Assembly: GCF_963921235.1 (NCBI RefSeq)
Contig: NC_086107.1
Span: forward strand, 100,008,001-100,072,000
Direction: 5' to 3'
DNA: 64,000 bases
From: Mobula hypostoma
Taxonomy: Eukaryota
Shown here: one piece after another, positions 59,766 through 64,000 of the stretch
How positions within the stretch are numbered: position 1 is the stretch's first letter
How the letters are laid out: every line of letters begins with the position of its first letter
Made by a program: the position numbers and the translations under genes
The notes under the pieces: model-generated
Told to the model about the DNA's origin: nothing
The model's database searches: none
What the model saw: the letters and a program-made list of their open reading frames with translations, nothing else

Positions 59766-61544
59766 AGCTATCTCTTCACTTGGCCTCATGATCATCAGAC
59801 TGCCTGTCTCAAATAAGGTCGTCTATGAGATGTTACCTTCTGCAACTGAAGCACCAGAAGGCTGAACATATTAAGTTTGCTATCAACCCTGTCCCCTCCA
59901 TGGAAGCTCACACAGGCTAAACCAGCATTTTCCACCCACAACTCAACCTTAATTCATTTCCTGCATAATCAGTAGGCCCAGTTTTTCCCATCTACTGTCT
60001 GTTGGATTCATGAACCTTACCCATCAGCACTTGAACTAACTCAATTTCCAAACAGTCTGTCAAGTATCATACAATAATTCCCTCATTTCTTCAATAAAAC
60101 ATATGATGATCTACCCATTCCCAATCTAAATTGATTTAAATTATTATCCTCGCCTACCAGTTCTTTCATGGTCTTGCCTCATTCTACCTTTAGAATACAT
60201 ATCCTCTTCAGTTTCCTCTAATCCTCTAAATTTGAGCTCATTAGCATCCTTCCTCTACTCCATCTCCACTGGCAAAGTTTTCTTCCCACTTGGTTCTGTG
60301 TGCTGGAAATCCTTTGTTAAATCCCCAACATGCTGAGTTAACCTTTTAAAAACATTCTCAAAAAATATCTCTTCAATCAAATCAAATCAATTCTCCCTGG
60401 AAATCCCTGGCATTTTCTCTATGTTAAAGATAATGTGTAAATGCAATTTGCTGTAATGAATCGTGCAAACTCAATTTAACTGAAACATTAACTCTGTTTT
60501 TCCCCTCCAGCATTTTCTATTTTTAGCTCATGTTTTCAGCACCTACAGAATATTGCTTCTGATTATTACTCTATCCTGGTGAAACTTGAAGTATGCCAAT
60601 TCAGCACAGACTTCAGTTTTCTGTACAGCATACTTCAGGTTCCAATGATTGTGTTGTTGCAAGCTGAACTATCTCATAGTCAACCCCTGGGTCTATGTTA
60701 CATTACACAGGCTCAGCCTGGGAGCTCTGACTATCTATTGAGTAGTTCCCATGTCCATGAACTTGGATGTCCACTTCTGCTCACTACTGAGCAACAATGT
60801 TGTGAAGGCAGATTAGACCAAACTTAAACATTATACTGTACAAGGAGAGGTTTTAAAATTTTGCTGGTTCTGCAAACAATAATGGCTTTGGAAAGGGAAG
60901 ATAAACAGGGAGTTTCAGTGGGAGAAACAAAATTCACAGCAAAATCCACACAATAAATCACAAAGAGATGTCGCTTGGAACTCCATAGGGTCACTATAGC
61001 ACTAGGTCATCAGAATTCATGGAACAACTGCATACATGGCTAAAATCAGCTTTTTACACAATGTTTCTGGGTCTTGTTAAGTGTCAGGAGGTTGAGAAAA
61101 AAACGCACATAATTTTGGTGTTATTGAGACTGAAGGCTAAGATTTGGCCCCTGAACTCCTAGAATCTGGTGAGTGTTTTCACAAGCACTTCCTAGAATTT
61201 CATGCATTAGATGGGAAAAGTTTGGAATTTGTTTTCTTTTCACTGTTTTATTTGGTTTGTACTTTCTCTTATCCTGTTTTCCTTTCCTCCCCCATTTCTG
61301 TTCATTTTTTTCTCTAATCTCTTCTGAAGAGGTTATTTAAACTCCACAATTGCCAGTCATCCTTTTCTAGATGAATTTTGACAGTGAATGAAAATCAGAA
61401 AATTCAAAAATCTGAATAAAAACAGAACAAAAGAAAGCACGCTGCAGACAAGGCAGCATCTGTGGAAAAAGGAACAGTTGATGGTTCAGGTCTGGGACCC
61501 ACCTTTGTAGTAATGTCTTTCATAGTGATAGGGCAAGGTGAGAG

Positions 61545-63130
61545 AACATGAACCAATCCTCATAGAGGGATCAGAAATGGAGAAAGTGAGCATTCCAAGT
61601 TCCTGGGTGTCCAGATCACCGAGGATCTCAGCTGGTTTCAACATATCAATGCAGCTATAAAGAAGGCAAGACAGCGGCTATATTTCATTAGGCGTTTAAA
61701 GAAATTTGGTTTATTAACTAAAAACTCAAAGTTCCTTGAAGATGTCTTGGATACTATGGAGGCTAGTACCCATGATGGAGCTGGTTAATTTTATGACTTT
61801 CTGTGGCTTCTTTTCGTCCTGTGCAGTAACGCCCCCCCCCCACCTCCCCCATACCAGACAGTGATGCAGCCTGTCAGGATGCTCTCCACGGTACATCTAG
61901 AGAAGTTTTCCATAAGACATAGGAGCAGAATGAGGCCATTTTTCCCATCGATTCTGCTCCACATTCAATCAGGAGGGGACAAAAGGATCAGCCATTATTG
62001 AATGACTGTGTTCAGTTCTGGTCACCTCACTACAGGAAGGATGTGGATACTATAGAGACAGTGCAGAGGAGATTTACAAGGATGTTGTCTGGATTGGGGA
62101 GCATGCCTTATGAGAAAAGGTTGAGTGAACGGGGCCTTTTCTCCTTGGAGCGACGGAGGGTGAGACGTGACCTGATAGAGGTGTAGAAGATGATGAGAGG
62201 CAGTGATCGTGTGGATAGTCAGAGGCTTTTTCCCAGGGCTGAAATGGCTAACACAAGGGTGCATAGTTTTAGGGTGCTTGGAAGTAGGTAAAAGGGGATG
62301 TCAGAGGTAGGTTTTTCACACCGAGAATGGTGGGTGTGTGGAGTGCACTGCCAGTGGTGGTGGTGATAGAGGCGATTACAATAGGGTGTTCAGGTACATG
62401 GAGCTTAGAAAAATAGAGGGCTGTGCAGTCGGGAAATTCTAGGCAGTTTTTAGAGTAGGTTACATGGTCGGCACAACATTGTGGGCCAGAGGCCCTGTAC
62501 TGTGCTGTAGATTTCTATGTTTCTATGTAATGATGGAGCAGACTCGCTGGGCCAAATAGCCTAATTCTGCCCCTATGTCTTATGGAAAACTTCTATAAAT
62601 GTACCGTGGCGAGCATCACCATCTGGTATGGGAGATGGGGGAGGGGCGCTACCGCACAGGACTGAAAGAAGCCGCAGAAAGTCGTAAAATTAATCAGCTC
62701 CATCATGGGTACTCGCCTCTGTAGTATCCAAGACATCTTCAAGAAGCAGTGTCTCAGGAAGGCGACATCCATTATTAAGGATCCCCATCACCCAGGGCAT
62801 GCCCTCTTCTTACTGTTACCATCGGGAAGGAGGTACAGAAGCCTGAAGGCACACACTCAGCGATTCAGGAATAGCTTCTTCCCCTCTGCCATCCGATTCT
62901 TACATGGACATTGAATGCATGAACACTACCTCACTTTTTAAAATATATTATTTCTGCGTTTTGTATGATTTTTAATCTATTCAATATACCTATACCGTAA
63001 AAGAATTATTTATTTATTTATTATTATTATTTTTCCTCCTTCTGTATTACGTATTGCATTGAACTGCTGCTGCTAAGTTAACAAATTTCACGACACATAC
63101 CGGTGATAATAAACCTGATTCTGATTCTGA
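61545..63130 (+). mobile_element. Rex/Babar 3' region disrupted by CR1 insertions and an inverted duplication
   Basis: KFLGVQITEDLSW...KKARQRLYFIRRLKKFG, then NFYKCTV and KATSIIKDPHHPGHALFLLLPSGRRYRSL; tail AATAAACCTGATTCTGATTCTGA. Confidence 0.8.
62004..62527 (+). mobile_element. CR1 3' fragment (same subfamily as 18990-19525)
   Basis: [27 protein letters not shown]; tail TTTCTATGTTTCTATG. Confidence 0.88.
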
Positions 63131-63850
63131 AACAGGCCCTTTGGCCCAACTGGTCCATGCTGAACAAGATGCCCCATTCAAGCGAGAGCCATTCGTCAGC
63201 ATCTGACCCATAACTTTCTGAACCTTTCCTATCTATATACCTGTCCAACTGTCTTAAAAGTTGTTATTGTAGCTGCCCCAACCACTTCCTTGGGAGCACA
63301 TTCCACAAAGATACCATCCTTGGTGTTTAAAAAAAAGATGCCCCTCAAGCTCCTATTAAATCTTTCTCCTTTCACCTTAAACCTGTGCCCTCTATTTCTT
63401 GATTCCCCAACCCTAGAGAAAGACTAAGTGCATTCACTCTATCGATGCCCCTTATGATTTTATACATCTCTACGATATCTCCTCTCAATTTCTTAGGATC
63501 CTTTCCTGGCCAATCTGTCTCTATAACTCAGTCCTTCAAGTTCTGGTAATATCCTTGTAAATCTCTTCTGCGCTCTTTCCAGTCTAATAACATCTTTTGC
63601 AGAGCAGGGTGACCAAAACCTTGCACAGTACTCCAGATGCAGCATTAGCAGTGTACTGTATAACTGCACAGGGCATTGAAGAAAGCCAGAGGCTGCCTTC
63701 ACTATTCTATCTTCCTGTGACTTCACTTTCAGTGAACTATGTACTTGTACTCCAAAGTGCCTCTGTTCTGCAATACTCCCCAGGGCTGTGCTATTCACTG
63801 TGGAGGTTGTGCCTCAATATGACTTTACAAGATGCAACACCTTGTTTTTA
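63131..63850 (-). mobile_element. CR1 3' fragment
   Basis: HLEYCARFWSP...LERAQKRFTRILPEL. Confidence 0.82.
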
Positions 63851-63856
63851 TCCACA

Positions 63857-64000
63857 TCAGAATCAGGTTTAATATAACTGGCATATGTCGTAACATTTGT
63901 TAACTTTATGGCAGCAATACAATGAAATACAGGATAAATAAGTATTAAAAAAACTAGGTTACATTAAGTATATATACGTCTATTAATTAGTTAAGTTAAA
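63857..64000 (-). mobile_element. Rex/Babar 3' tail running off the window
   Basis: TCAGAATCAGGTTTAATATAACTGGCATATGTCG, matching 56445 onward. Confidence 0.75.

Noticed and set aside
37200..64000. FOXRED2 or EIF3D exons expected from mammalian synteny
   Set aside because: No matching peptide found by eye or in the ORF track; very short exons could have been missed.

Overview
Repeat-rich vertebrate genomic DNA. The mix of Penelope, CR1, Rex/Babar, RTE and V-SINE/HE1-type repeats suggests a cartilaginous fish, probably a ray (inference). One protein-coding gene is confidently recognisable: mitochondrial thioredoxin TXN2 on the minus strand. Its coding exons are 32134-31857, 14764-14641 and 11167-11057 (170 aa), with a probable non-coding exon 1 and CpG-rich promoter near 36.87-37.15 kb. 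The active site reads WCNPC instead of the canonical WCGPC. The rest of the window is mostly nested transposable-element debris. Notable structure includes TSD-flanked fold-back copies of a Penelope terminus centred on a minimal hammerhead-ribozyme motif, inverted duplications of target DNA at retroelement 5' junctions, a 47-bp minisatellite that grew inside a dispersed repeat, and a young SINE sharing its 3' half with an RTE-UTR-derived element. No second gene, CRISPR array or functional RNA gene could be supported. TE family names come from recognising motifs by eye, not from database searches, and most TE boundaries are approximate.
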